64,000 nucleotides of DNA, taken from assembly GCA_002708995.1 (NCBI GenBank), contig PAPT01000031.1, positions 7,902-71,901 of the forward strand. The letters are read 5' to 3'. Each line of letters opens with the position of its first letter. Within the stretch, counting starts at the first letter, position 1. This document shows positions 20,276 to 30,098 of this stretch, piece by piece. The translations under genes were made by a program, and so were the position numbers. Under the pieces are notes generated by a model. It had not been told where the DNA came from, did no database searches, and saw only the letters and a list, made by a program, of their open reading frames with translations. This DNA is from Geminicoccus sp. GTDB lineage: Bacteria; Pseudomonadota; Alphaproteobacteria; UBA7985.

Positions 20276-21442
20276 TTGCCAGTAATCACCACCATCGACG
20301 ATCTGCGGGAGTTGGCCCAGCGCCGGGTGCCGAAGATGTTCTTCGACTACGCCGAAAGCGGCTCCTACACCGAGCAGACGCTGCGCGACAACACCTCCGA
20401 CTTTGACAAGATCCGGCTGCGCCAGCGCGTCGCCGTGGATATGGAAGGCCGCAGCCTCGCCACACAGATGGTCGGAGAAGACGTGTCCATGCCGCTGGCG
20501 CTGGCACCGGTCGGCCTGACCGGGATGCAGCACGCCGACGGTGAAATTCTGGCCGCTCAGGCCGCCGAAGAAGCGGGGGTGCCCTTCACCCTGTCGACCA
20601 TGTCGATCTGCTCGATCGAAGACGTGGCCGAGAACACCACCAAGCCGTTCTGGTTCCAGCTCTACTTCATGCGCGATCGCGACTTCATCGAGCGCCTGAT
20701 CCAGCGCGCTTACGACGCTGCCTGTTCGGCGCTGGTGCTGACGCTGGACCTGCAAATCCTCGGCCAGCGGCACAAGGACCTCAAGAACGGCATGACCGCG
20801 CCGCCGAAGCTGACCATCCCCAATATGATCGACATGGCGGGCAAGCCGGGCTGGTCGCTGGGCATGCTTGGCACCTCGCGGCGCAGCTTCCGCAACATTG
20901 TCGGCCACGCCAAGGGGGTCAGCGACATGTCCTCGCTGATGTCGTGGACCAGCCAGCAGTTCGACCCGCGCCTGAGCTGGGACGACGTGGCCTGGATCAA
21001 GGAACGCTGGGACCGCAAGCTGATCCTCAAGGGCATCCTCGACGAGGAAGACGCCCGGATGGCGGCCAAGACCGGCGCGGATGCGATCATCGTCTCCAAC
21101 CACGGCGGCCGGCAGCTGGATGGCGCGGTATCGTCGATCTCCATGCTGCCCCGGATCGTTGAAGCCGTCGGCGACCAGATCGAGGTACACATGGACGGCG
21201 GTATCCGTAGCGGGCAGGACGTGCTCAAGGCGCGGGCGCTGGGCGCCAAGGGCACTTACAGCGGCCGGGCCTATATCTATGGCCTTGGCGCCATGGGTAA
21301 GGCGGGGGTGACCACGGCGCTGGAGGTGATCCGCAAGGAGATGGACACCACCATGGCGCTGTGCGGCTGCCGCAACATTGAGGATTTCGGCACCGATTAC
21401 CTCGTCCGCACCCCGCCGGCGACCGTAAACGATTACATGTAA
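20276..21442 (+). CDS. lldD: FMN-dependent alpha-hydroxy acid dehydrogenase (L-lactate dehydrogenase LldD-like)
   Basis: TTG start at 20276. ...RVPKMFFDYAESGSYTEQTLRDN...SNHGGRQLDG...GIRSGQDV... is collinear with LldD/glycolate oxidase family enzymes. Confidence 0.8.
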   Translation: MPVITTIDDLRELAQRRVPKMFFDYAESGSYTEQTLRDNTSDFDKIRLRQRVAVDMEGRSLATQMVGEDVSMPLALAPVGLTGMQHADGEILAAQAAEEAGVPFTLSTMSICSIEDVAENTTKPFWFQLYFMRDRDFIERLIQRAYDAACSALVLTLDLQILGQRHKDLKNGMTAPPKLTIPNMIDMAGKPGWSLGMLGTSRRSFRNIVGHAKGVSDMSSLMSWTSQQFDPRLSWDDVAWIKERWDRKLILKGILDEEDARMAAKTGADAIIVSNHGGRQLDGAVSSISMLPRIVEAVGDQIEVHMDGGIRSGQDVLKARALGAKGTYSGRAYIYGLGAMGKAGVTTALEVIRKEMDTTMALCGCRNIEDFGTDYLVRTPPATVNDYM

Positions 21443-21599
21443 TGTTTGTTTCAAAGCCGGTTTCCGTAACCACGCCTGTGATTTCAGGATAGGGCCTGCA
21501 CGGCCGCCATGTGGGCCGAATCTCCGGCTTTGGCTTGGCGGGCTCTCGCGGCCCTCCGCTAGAGTAAGGGCGCATAAACCGGATCGAAAGGAACCGACC

Positions 21600-22562
21600 G
21601 TGCCCCTGACCCCAGCCGTTTCCGCCATCATCGACAACTACGAAAGCGAAAACCCGGGCACGCGCTCCAAGCTGGTGCAGATGCTCAACCACGGCCGCCT
21701 GGGCGGCACCGGCAAGATGCTGATCTTGCCGGTGGATCAGGGCTTCGAGCACGGCCCGGCGCGGTCGTTTGCCCCGAACCCGGCGGGCTATGACCCGCTG
21801 TATCACTGGCAGCTGGCGATCGACGCTGGGCTGAGTGCCTTTGCAGCGCCGATCGGCCTGCTCTCCGCCGGGGCCGCGCACTTTGCCGGTCAGATCCCGC
21901 TGATCCTCAAGGTCAACAGCTCAAACAGCCACGCGCTCGCCGCCGATCAGGCGCTGACCGGCAGCGTGGAAGACGCTCTGCGGCTGGGCTGCGCGGGGGT
22001 CGGCTACACGCTCTATCCCGGCTCGGACCAGCAGTTCGACATGCAGGAAAAGCTGCGCCAGCTGACCAAGGATGCCCGCGACGCCGGGCTGGCCGTGGTG
22101 GTCTGGAGCTACCCGCGCGGCGGCGGCCTGAGCAAGCAGGGCGAAACCAGCCTCGATGTCATCGCCTACGCCGCCCACATCGCGGCGCTGATGGGCGCGC
22201 ATATCATCAAGGTCAAACCGCCCAAGCCCCAGATCGAGCAGGACGCTGCCCGGCCCCACTACGAGAACCGCGACTGGTCGCGGCTGGAAGACCGGATTGC
22301 TCACGTCATCCAGTCGGCCTTCGACGGCCGCCGCATCGTCATCTTCTCCGGCGGGGAAGCCAAGGGCACCGACGCGGTCTACGAGGAGATCGCGGCCATC
22401 GCCCGTGGCGGCGGCTACGGTTCCATCATCGGGCGCAACGCCTTCCAGCGCCCGCGCAAGGATGCACTGGACATGCTTGAACAGTTGATCGGCGTCTACG
22501 CCGAGCAGGCTGCCAGCGAAACGGCCATGCGCTCGGCCGCCAACGGATCCAGAGCCGCGTGA
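21600..22562 (+). CDS. class I fructose-bisphosphate aldolase (DhnA/FbaB type)
   Basis: GTG start with aaagga SD. ...GKMLILPVDQGFEHGP...HIIKVKPP... matches the archaeal/DhnA-type class I FBA with its Schiff-base lysine region. Its stop overlaps the glpX start. Confidence 0.8.
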   Translation: MPLTPAVSAIIDNYESENPGTRSKLVQMLNHGRLGGTGKMLILPVDQGFEHGPARSFAPNPAGYDPLYHWQLAIDAGLSAFAAPIGLLSAGAAHFAGQIPLILKVNSSNSHALAADQALTGSVEDALRLGCAGVGYTLYPGSDQQFDMQEKLRQLTKDARDAGLAVVVWSYPRGGGLSKQGETSLDVIAYAAHIAALMGAHIIKVKPPKPQIEQDAARPHYENRDWSRLEDRIAHVIQSAFDGRRIVIFSGGEAKGTDAVYEEIAAIARGGGYGSIIGRNAFQRPRKDALDMLEQLIGVYAEQAASETAMRSAANGSRAA

Positions 22563-23512
22563 CCACCGACAACAGCGTGAAGGCCCTGCTGCCCGACTTT
22601 GAACGCGCCTGCGCGCTGGCCGCACGGGCCTGCCTGCCGTGGGTCGGGCAGGGCGACAAGGAAGCCGCCGACGCCGCCGCCGTCGATGCCATGCGCACCG
22701 CCTTCAACGCTGCGCCCATGCACGGGCGCATCGTCATCGGCGAGGGCGAGCGCGATCAGGCGCCGATGCTCTATATCGGCGAGACCCTCGGCAATGGCCC
22801 CCGGTTGGCCTCGACGCCCGAGGTCGACATCGCCGTTGACCCGCTGGAGGGCACGACCCTGTGCGCGCAGAACCGACCGGGCGCGCTGTGCGTGGCGGCC
22901 TTTGCCCCGCGCGGTGAGCTGCTCCACGCGCCCGACGTCTACATGCAGAAGATTGCGGCCCGCCCGGGCCTCGACCTGCGCGATGACGATCTCGACCGGC
23001 CGCTCAATGAGGTTCTGGCCCGCTTGCAGGGGCAGGCCGGGCGACCCTTGCGGGTGATCATGCTCGACCGCGACCGCCACCGGCCGATGATGGCAGCGGT
23101 GCAGGCAGCGGGCGCGGCGCTGCGCCTGATCCCCGATGGCGATGTCATGGGCGCGCTGCTGACCGCGCTGCCCGGGGCGGTCGCCAGCAGCAGCCCGCGC
23201 TTCGATCTCTACGTGGGCAGCGGCGGGGCGCCAGAGGGCGTATTGGCGGCGGCAGGTTTGCAGGCGCTGGGCGGGAGCATGTTCGGACGGCTGATCTTCC
23301 GCGACGATGATGAGCGCGAGCGGGCGGCGCGGATCGGCCTTGAACCGGCAGAGCAGGGGCCGATTTTCGCGCTGTCCGGCCTCGCCTCCGGTCATGCTCA
23401 TCTGGTGCTGGCCGGGGTCACGGGTGACGTGCTCGACGGCGCGACCACCGCTGGGGCGCAGGTGCTGAGCCTCGGCGCCGGCGTGTGCAGGCTGCAGCAC
23501 TGCCGGTTCTGA
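22559..23512 (+). CDS. glpX: fructose-1,6-bisphosphatase class II
   Basis: GTG at 22559 overlaps the aldolase stop. ...GQGDKEAADAAAVDAMR...GRIVIGEGERDQAPMLYIGE...DIAVDPLEGTT...IPDGDVMGAL...GSGGAPEGVLAAAGL is collinear with GlpX. Confidence 0.85.
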   Translation: MTTDNSVKALLPDFERACALAARACLPWVGQGDKEAADAAAVDAMRTAFNAAPMHGRIVIGEGERDQAPMLYIGETLGNGPRLASTPEVDIAVDPLEGTTLCAQNRPGALCVAAFAPRGELLHAPDVYMQKIAARPGLDLRDDDLDRPLNEVLARLQGQAGRPLRVIMLDRDRHRPMMAAVQAAGAALRLIPDGDVMGALLTALPGAVASSSPRFDLYVGSGGAPEGVLAAAGLQALGGSMFGRLIFRDDDERERAARIGLEPAEQGPIFALSGLASGHAHLVLAGVTGDVLDGATTAGAQVLSLGAGVCRLQHCRF

Positions 23513-23571
23513 TTGCGGCAGTCGTTCAAGCCGGACTGATCTCACCGCGAGACTTCACCAGAACGACAAAC

Positions 23572-23601
23572 AAAAAGGGCGCCCGAGAGAGCGCCGTTTT
23601 G
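23572..23601. terminator. bidirectional intrinsic terminator
   Basis: aaaaa-GGGCGC-ccgagaga-GCGCC-gtttt. A/T runs flank the hairpin on both sides. It sits between the convergent glpX (+) and the secreted-protein gene (-). Confidence 0.6.
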
Positions 23602-23653
23602 CTTGTGTATTTTCCGGGTGATTGGCGGGCTGGGTTTCAGCCCGCCAGTTCGG

Positions 23654-24502
23654 TTAGCGGAAGATGTAAGTGTTGAAGCGGTCCGAGCGGCCGTCGGTGT
23701 AGACGGTGGTAACCTCGGCGATCAGCTTGTGACCGTAGCGCTTGAGAACCATGGTGCGGGTGGCAAAGCCCTGGTCCCACTTGGCCATAATCCGCTTGGC
23801 GGTGGTTGGGTGAGCGCCGACGCTGTCGGTCAGCGGAATGCCCTGGGTCCAGCCCCAGTTGCAGTCGTTGGGGTGGCAGGAGCCCCAGGCCTTGACCTTC
23901 ACGGCCGCACCATCGACTACAACGCGGATCTTGGTGACGCCACGGGTGTCGTCGTCGATGTTGATCCAAGCGCCTTCGAGCTGGTCGAGGTTGCTTTCAA
24001 CCGGCAGCAGGGGCAGCAAAGGCAGCAGCGGAAGGATTGGGTTAGGCTGGATGATCGGCGGGATGCTCACGGGCATCCGCTTCAGGGTGTAGCGGTAGAA
24101 GGTATCGGTGCGGCCGTCCTTGAAGTCGGTTGCGTTTTCGATGATCAGCTTGTCACCGTGCAGGTAGGCGCTGACCAGAGACGTGGCGTGGGACTTGTCG
24201 TAGCGCGCCATGACCCGCTCGGCGGACAGGGGCGAGGCGCTGACCGAAGAAGCCAGCGGCATGGCCGAGACTTCACCCCAGTCACAGTCGTTGGGGTGGC
24301 AGGCGCCCCAGGTGTTCAGGGTCGGGTGAGCACCCTCACCGCCGATCACCACTTTGGTGATGCCGCGGGTGCTGTCGTCGACGTTGATCCAGGCGCCGCG
24401 GAGGTCATCCAGACCGGCGTGGGCCGAGGTGGCGAGAAGCAGACCAGCAACGGCACCCGTTGCGGTCACAGAGATTTTTCTGAGCAGAGAAGCGATTTTC
24501 AT
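23654..24502 (-). CDS. secreted protein with an internally duplicated domain of unknown function (CHPNDC[DN]WG motif)
   Basis: ORF 23654..24622. ATG at 24502 is preceded by gagga at -9. Signal MKIASLLRKISVTATGAVAGLLLATSAHA. Two homologous modules of about 110 aa: GAWINVDDSTRGITKVV...WGACHPNDCDWG...RTDTFYRYTLKR and GAWINIDDDTRGVTKIR...WGSCHPNDCNWG...RSDRFNTYIFR. They are joined by a Pro/Leu repeat linker, IPPIIQPNPILPLLPLLPLLP. Confidence 0.6.
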   Translation of the reverse strand: MKIASLLRKISVTATGAVAGLLLATSAHAGLDDLRGAWINVDDSTRGITKVVIGGEGAHPTLNTWGACHPNDCDWGEVSAMPLASSVSASPLSAERVMARYDKSHATSLVSAYLHGDKLIIENATDFKDGRTDTFYRYTLKRMPVSIPPIIQPNPILPLLPLLPLLPVESNLDQLEGAWINIDDDTRGVTKIRVVVDGAAVKVKAWGSCHPNDCNWGWTQGIPLTDSVGAHPTTAKRIMAKWDQGFATRTMVLKRYGHKLIAEVTTVYTDGRSDRFNTYIFR

Positions 24503-24672
24503 GATTTGATCCTCAGAGAGACGTTTGAACGGGGCGGGAAGGTCGTTTCCCGTGGTTGACGCAGACCGGTGTAGGCCCGTTCTGTTGCGCGCGTTTCTCG
24601 GATCGCTTTCAGTTATCGCCATTGGTGAAACAGTGAGTGTGGCAGTGTTTCAGAAGGTTTCTGCCAGAGGGT

Positions 24673-24722
24673 AAAACCCAGACAAAAGGGGCTGGAGCAG
24701 TCTTTCAAGCTGCCACAGCCCC
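24673..24722 (-). terminator. intrinsic terminator of the 2OG oxygenase gene
   Basis: Minus strand reads GGGGCTG-(loop)-CAGCCCC followed by TTTTGTCTGGGTTTT. It lies immediately 3' of the gene ending at 24777. Confidence 0.5.
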
Positions 24723-24776
24723 GATTTACTTCGTTTTGCTGCTGGTGGTCGGAGACGACCTAAGCCCGGCTGGTCT

Positions 24777-25616
24777 TCAGCCCCCCCGCAGCTGGCGCAG
24801 ACGCTCCTGCAGGTACGAATCTGCCGTGTAGCGCTCGGACAGCACGACCTCGGGCCGTGGGTGGCAGAACAGCGGCAGGCTGATCCGGCCGATGGTCTTA
24901 TCTGCGCCTTCCGGGTTCACCACGCGGTGGGTGGTCGAGGGGAAGTACCCGCCCGAGGCTTCCTGCAGCATGTCGCCGATGTTGACGATCAGGTTGCCGA
25001 AGTCACAGGGCACTTCCAGCCAGGAGCCGTCCTTGGCCAGCACCTGCAGCCCCGGCTCGTTGGAGGCCGGCAGGATGGTGATCAGGTTGATGTCTTCGTG
25101 CGCTGCAGCACGGATCGCCGCGGGCTCTTCGTCGCCGGTCAGCGGCGGGTAGTGCAGGATGCGCAGCAGGTGCTTGGGGCTGCCCTCGATCATTGTCGAG
25201 AGGGGTTCGCTGTACAGCGTCGTCACGTCCTCGGGGGACTCGTCCTCGATCCATTGCAGCAGCTCGGCGGCGAGGTCGGTCGCCCGCTGGTGGTAGGCCT
25301 GCGCCTTGGGCAGCAGGTCGTCAGGGCAGACATCGCCGGGGTAGTAGTGGAAGAACTCCTTGATGTCTTTGATGGTGTTGCCCTTGGCCGTCTCGGACAG
25401 CGACTGCGGGTAGAACCCGCCCGCACCATTGTGGGGGACGGCGTAGTCGTTCTTGCGCTCCTCGCTGAAAAACTGACGCCAGTCGTCATAGATTTCCTGC
25501 ACTTGGTCCTGTCGCAGGGGGTGGTTCTTCAGCACGCCGAAACCGGTATCCCGGAGCGAGCGGACAAAGTCCTGCTTTGCGGTCAGGCTGGTGTAGTCAA
25601 CGGCAACGAGTTCCAT
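24777..25616 (-). CDS. 2-oxoglutarate/Fe(II)-dependent oxygenase (isopenicillin N synthase-like)
   Basis: 279 aa. HxD...H facial triad candidates (HEDINLITIL ... HRV) and the 2OG-oxygenase jelly-roll pattern. Divergent from the polyamine cluster. Confidence 0.7.
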   Translation of the reverse strand: MELVAVDYTSLTAKQDFVRSLRDTGFGVLKNHPLRQDQVQEIYDDWRQFFSEERKNDYAVPHNGAGGFYPQSLSETAKGNTIKDIKEFFHYYPGDVCPDDLLPKAQAYHQRATDLAAELLQWIEDESPEDVTTLYSEPLSTMIEGSPKHLLRILHYPPLTGDEEPAAIRAAAHEDINLITILPASNEPGLQVLAKDGSWLEVPCDFGNLIVNIGDMLQEASGGYFPSTTHRVVNPEGADKTIGRISLPLFCHPRPEVVLSERYTADSYLQERLRQLRGG

Positions 25617-25825
25617 GTATGGACTCCCGATTCAGGTTAGGAATTAACGCCTATGGTGACGCATTTTCGCAGGAAATTACAAGATAAGACCCTGTCAATT
25701 CGCCATAAACCGGTCAGGATTCGGGAAAATGGCCCTTTTGCGCAGCTTGCGCCGAAGGAATCATTTCCCCGCAACCTATCTTGGGCGTAGGTTCGCACCA
25801 TCTTTAACAGTTCGAGGCGGCGCTC

Positions 25826-27214
25826 ATGTTCTCTCTGGGCAACCTTCCGACCACCGATGAAATGATTGCAGCCGATCTCGGCAGCCACATGCATCCCTTC
25901 ACCGATCACGACGCGCTGGGTCCGGGTGACCTGCGGGTGATCACTTCAGCTGAGGGCGTGTTCATCAACGACAGCAACGGCGGACAGATCCTCGACGGGA
26001 TGGCCGGCCTGTGGTGTGTCAACATCGGCTATGGCCGGCAGGAAATCGGGGAGGCCGTCAGCCGCCAGATCGCCCAGCTGCCCTACTACAACACCTTCTT
26101 CAAGACCACGCACCCGCCGGTGATCGTGCTGTCGGAGAAGCTGGCCCAGCTCACCCCCGACGGGATCGAGAAGTTCATGTTCGGCACCTCGGGTTCGGAC
26201 AGCAACGACACGGTGATCCGCCTGGCGCGGACCTACTGGGCCGGGCGCGGCAAGCCTGACAAGACGATCATCATTTCGCGCAAGAACGCCTATCACGGCT
26301 CGTCGATGGCCGCGGCCAGCCTCGGGGGCATGCAGTTCATGCACGCCCAAGGCGGCCTGCCCATTCCCGATATTCACCACATCGGCCAGCCGTACTGGTT
26401 CGACGAAGGCGGCGACATGGACCCCGATGCCTTTGGCCTGATGCGCGCGCGCGAGCTCGAGCAGGCCATCGACCAGCTCAGCGAAGACCGGGTCGCGGCC
26501 TTTATCGCTGAGCCGATTCAGGGCGCGGGCGGGGTCATCATTCCGCCGGGCAGCTACTGGCCTGAAGTGCGCCGCATCTGTGAGGAGCGCGATATTCTGT
26601 TCGTCGCCGACGAAGTGATCTGTGGCTTCGGCCGGCTGGGCACGTGGTTCGGCTCGCAGCGGCTGGACCTGCACCCGGATATGATTGCCATGGCCAAGGG
26701 CCTGACCAGTGGCTATCTGCCCATGGGCGGGGTCGGGCTGACCAATGAGGTCTACGAGGGCGTCAGTCAGGACGGCGAGTTCGCCCACGGCTACACCTAT
26801 GCCGGTCACCCGGTCAGCGCAGCGGCGGCCATCGCCAATCTTGAAATCATGGAGCGCGAGGGTCTGGTTGACCGCGTTGGCTACCACACCAAGCACGTGT
26901 TTGCGGAGAAGTTCGCCGCGCTGGGCGACCACCCGCTGGTGGGGGAGGCCGCGACCTTCGGCCTGCTCGGCAAGCTGGAACTCGTCCCCGATGCGGCCAG
27001 CGGGTCGCGGCGGCGGTTCGAGAACAGCGGCGAGGTCGGTGGCATCTGCCGTGATTTCTGCTTCCGCAACAATCTGGTGATGCGGGCGGTGCGGGACTCC
27101 ATGGTCTGCAGCCCGCCGCTGCCGATTGCGGATGATGAAATCGACCTGCTCGTCGAGCGCGCATGGGCAGCGCTGGATCAGACGGCCGCCGCGGTTGCGG
27201 ACAAGATGGCCTGA
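25826..27214 (+). CDS. spuC: class III aminotransferase, putrescine-pyruvate aminotransferase SpuC-like
   Basis: 462 aa. ...AGLWCVNIGYGR...HPPV...FGTSGSDSNDT...AEPIQGAGGVI...FVADEVICGFGR...KGLTSGYLPMGGV... is collinear with omega-aminotransferases of the SpuC type. Confidence 0.8.
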   Translation: MFSLGNLPTTDEMIAADLGSHMHPFTDHDALGPGDLRVITSAEGVFINDSNGGQILDGMAGLWCVNIGYGRQEIGEAVSRQIAQLPYYNTFFKTTHPPVIVLSEKLAQLTPDGIEKFMFGTSGSDSNDTVIRLARTYWAGRGKPDKTIIISRKNAYHGSSMAAASLGGMQFMHAQGGLPIPDIHHIGQPYWFDEGGDMDPDAFGLMRARELEQAIDQLSEDRVAAFIAEPIQGAGGVIIPPGSYWPEVRRICEERDILFVADEVICGFGRLGTWFGSQRLDLHPDMIAMAKGLTSGYLPMGGVGLTNEVYEGVSQDGEFAHGYTYAGHPVSAAAAIANLEIMEREGLVDRVGYHTKHVFAEKFAALGDHPLVGEAATFGLLGKLELVPDAASGSRRRFENSGEVGGICRDFCFRNNLVMRAVRDSMVCSPPLPIADDEIDLLVERAWAALDQTAAAVADKMA

Positions 27215-27226
27215 GGACCGTGCATC

Positions 27227-28633
27227 ATGAACGATCTGCCACAGAGTCTTGAACCTGAAATCACTCTAGAAGAGTCCCCCGATCTCGTATCGGGGCGGAT
27301 GAGCGAGCTGCGCAAATGGGCGCGCGAGAAGGGCGTTGAGGAAATCGAGTGTCATACGCCCGATTTCGCCGGTATCGCGCGCGGCAAGGTCATGCCGGCG
27401 GAGAAGTGGTTCGGCGGGGTCGAAACCCGCCTACCGACCTCCGTGTTCTTTTCGACCATCACCGGGTCCTACGCCGACAGCCCGCACCGCGAGCTGTGGT
27501 CTGATGCGGATATGATCCTCAAGCCCGACCTGCGCACGGCGAGTTCGCTGCCCTGGGCGACGGTGCCGTCGATCCAGGTGATCCACGACGTGCTCGATCT
27601 GGACGGCAAGCCGATCGACTTTGCCCCGCGCTCGGTCCTGCGCCGCGTACTCAAGAGCTTTGAGAAGCTGGGCTGGAAGCCGGTCGTCGCGCCGGAGCTC
27701 GAGTTCTACCTGACTAAGCCGAACACCGACCCCGACCTGCCACTGGAACCGCCGCAGGGACGCTCGGGCCGGACACAGCGCAGCAATCAGGCGTTTTCCA
27801 TGCAGGGGATCGACGAGTACGAGAGCGTCACTGACCATATCTACGACTTTGCCGCCGCGCAGGGGGTCGAGATCGACACCATTATCCAGGAATTCGGCCC
27901 CGCCCAGCTCGAGGTCAACCTCGTTCACGGTGATGCGATGGAGAAGGCCGACGAGGTCTTCATCTTCAAGCGCACGGTGCGGGAGGCGGCGCTGCGCTGC
28001 GGGTGCTACGCAACCTTCATGGCCAAGCCGATCGAGGGCCACGCGGGCAACGCCATGCACATCCACCAGTCGGTGGTCGATATCGACAGCGGGGAGAACA
28101 TCTTCAGCGACGCCAAGGGTGAGCCGACCGACCTGTTCCGCTGGTTCATCGGTGGGCAGCAGAAGTACTCCTACGCCACCTCCGCGCTGTGGGCGCCCTA
28201 CGTCAACTCCTACCGGCGGCTGGTCCCGGACATGTCTGCGCCGATCAACCTCGAATGGGGCTATGATAACCGCACCACGGGGCTGCGGGTGCCGCGCTCG
28301 GGGCCGAAGAACCGCCGGGTGGAAAACCGCCTGATCGGGGCCGATACCAACCCCTATATCGCCATCGCCGGTTCGCTGGCCGCGGGCCTGCTGGGGATCA
28401 GCAACAAGGTCGAGCCGCGCGAACCGGTGACCGGAAACGGCTTTGCTGGCGGCCGGGCGCTGCCTTACTCGCTGCTCGAAGGGATCGAGGCCTTCGCCGC
28501 CAGCGAAGAGCTGGCCGAGGTGCTGGGCCAGCAGTTCGTCGACATGTACACGGCGCTGAAGTTCGAGGAATACGACGCCTTTATGCAGGTGATCAGCCCG
28601 TGGGAGCGCCAGCACCTCCTGCTCAACGTGTAG
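27227..28633 (+). CDS. glutamine synthetase family protein, gamma-glutamylpolyamine synthetase (PauA/PuuA-like)
   Basis: 468 aa. GS catalytic-domain blocks (ELEFYL, FMAKP..GHAGNAMHIHQS, NRTTGLRVP) without an adenylylation loop. Sits between the aminotransferase and the FAD oxidase, as in pau/puu clusters. Confidence 0.8.
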   Translation: MNDLPQSLEPEITLEESPDLVSGRMSELRKWAREKGVEEIECHTPDFAGIARGKVMPAEKWFGGVETRLPTSVFFSTITGSYADSPHRELWSDADMILKPDLRTASSLPWATVPSIQVIHDVLDLDGKPIDFAPRSVLRRVLKSFEKLGWKPVVAPELEFYLTKPNTDPDLPLEPPQGRSGRTQRSNQAFSMQGIDEYESVTDHIYDFAAAQGVEIDTIIQEFGPAQLEVNLVHGDAMEKADEVFIFKRTVREAALRCGCYATFMAKPIEGHAGNAMHIHQSVVDIDSGENIFSDAKGEPTDLFRWFIGGQQKYSYATSALWAPYVNSYRRLVPDMSAPINLEWGYDNRTTGLRVPRSGPKNRRVENRLIGADTNPYIAIAGSLAAGLLGISNKVEPREPVTGNGFAGGRALPYSLLEGIEAFAASEELAEVLGQQFVDMYTALKFEEYDAFMQVISPWERQHLLLNV

Positions 28634-28664
28634 CGCGCGCTGGTGTGAAACGGCAGCCAGCGAC

Positions 28665-29999
28665 GTGAGCCAGAACAGCCTTCTTCACCTCAACGACCGG
28701 GTGGGGGCCTTCCCCCCGTCCTACTACGCTGCGACGGCGAAGAACGTGGTCGAGCGCCCGCGGCTTAGCGGCATCGAGGACGCCGATGTCTGCATCATCG
28801 GCGGCGGCTTCACCGGCCTGAGCGCGGCTTTACACTGCGCGCGGCAGGGGCGGTCGGTGGTGGTCCTCGACGCCCACCGCGCGGGCTGGGGCGCCTCCGG
28901 GCGCAACGGCGGACAGGTCGGGGCGGGCCAGCGCATCGATCAGGACAGCCTCGAAGCGCTGGTCGGGGTGGATCATGCCCACGAGGCCTTCCGCATCGGG
29001 GTCGAGGCCCCGGCGCTGCTGCGCGCGCTGATCGACGAACACGCCATACCCGCGGACTACAAGCCGGGGCTGCTGCACACCAACCACCGCGCACGCTACG
29101 ACGCTGAGTCCCGAGACTATGCGGCCAAGCTGCAGGACGAATACGGCTACGACCAGATCCGCTTCGTCGAGCGCGAGGAAATGTTGGAGATGCTCGGCGC
29201 GGCGGATGCTTTCGGCGGCACGCTTGATACCGGCGGCGGGCATGTTCACCCACTGAATTTCGCGCTTGGGCTGGCCCGGGCCGCCGAGGCCGCCGGCGCG
29301 CGCATTTTTGACCGGGCAGAGGTTGCCACCGTCGGCCCCGGTGACCCGCACGAGGTCCGGCTGCGCGGCCCTGTTGCTGGAGGCGGGACCGAAACCGGTG
29401 TGCGGGCCAAAGTCGTGCTCTACGCCTGCAACGGCTATCTGAGCGGGCTGGAGCCGCGGACCTCGGCCCGGGTGATGCCGATTAACTCCTTCGTCGTCGC
29501 CACCGAGCCGCTGAGCGAGGAGCGCTGTGGGTCGCTGATCCGCGACGATGTTGCGGTCGCCGACAGCCGCTTTGTAGTCAACTACTACCGGCTGAGCGCC
29601 GACCGCCGGATGCTGTTTGGCGGCGGTGAGACCTATGGCTATCGCTTCCCGCGCGACATCCGGGCGTTCGTCCGGCGCCCGATGCTGGAGGTCTTTCCCC
29701 AGCTTGCCGACGTCGCGCTGGACTACGGCTGGGGCGGCACGCTCGGCATCACCATGAAGCGTCTGCCCGACTATGCTGAGCTGGGACCGAACCTCTATAG
29801 CCTGTCGGGCTATTCGGGGTCCGGGGTCGCCATGGCGACCAAATCGGGGCAGATTTTCGCCGACATGCTCGACGGCGACGACCGCGATTTCCGCGTCATG
29901 CAGGGCCTGCCAACCCCGGTTTTCCCCGGGTCCGGGCGCTGGCGTCAGCCACTGCTGATTGCGGCCATGAGCTGGTACGCGCTGCGAGACCGGTTTTAG
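28665..29999 (+). CDS. FAD-dependent oxidoreductase, gamma-glutamylputrescine oxidase (PuuB/PauB-like)
   Basis: 444 aa. N-terminal dinucleotide-binding fold CIIGGGFTGLSAALHCA. DAO-family layout. Position matches pau/puu clusters. Confidence 0.75.
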   Translation: MSQNSLLHLNDRVGAFPPSYYAATAKNVVERPRLSGIEDADVCIIGGGFTGLSAALHCARQGRSVVVLDAHRAGWGASGRNGGQVGAGQRIDQDSLEALVGVDHAHEAFRIGVEAPALLRALIDEHAIPADYKPGLLHTNHRARYDAESRDYAAKLQDEYGYDQIRFVEREEMLEMLGAADAFGGTLDTGGGHVHPLNFALGLARAAEAAGARIFDRAEVATVGPGDPHEVRLRGPVAGGGTETGVRAKVVLYACNGYLSGLEPRTSARVMPINSFVVATEPLSEERCGSLIRDDVAVADSRFVVNYYRLSADRRMLFGGGETYGYRFPRDIRAFVRRPMLEVFPQLADVALDYGWGGTLGITMKRLPDYAELGPNLYSLSGYSGSGVAMATKSGQIFADMLDGDDRDFRVMQGLPTPVFPGSGRWRQPLLIAAMSWYALRDRF

Positions 30000-30058
30000 G
30001 TAACGTCAGCGCTGACTGCGACGATTGCCTCGCATGCTGGCGCATCCTAAAATGAGTT

Positions 30059-30087
30059 ACGCAGATGATGTTTCTGCATTTTTTCGA
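30059..30087 (+). terminator. possible intrinsic terminator
   Basis: GCAGA-tgatgttt-TCTGC followed by ATTTTTTCG. Located between the oxidase and the agmatinase gene. Confidence 0.4.
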
Positions 30088-30098
30088 GGCGGTAAAGC

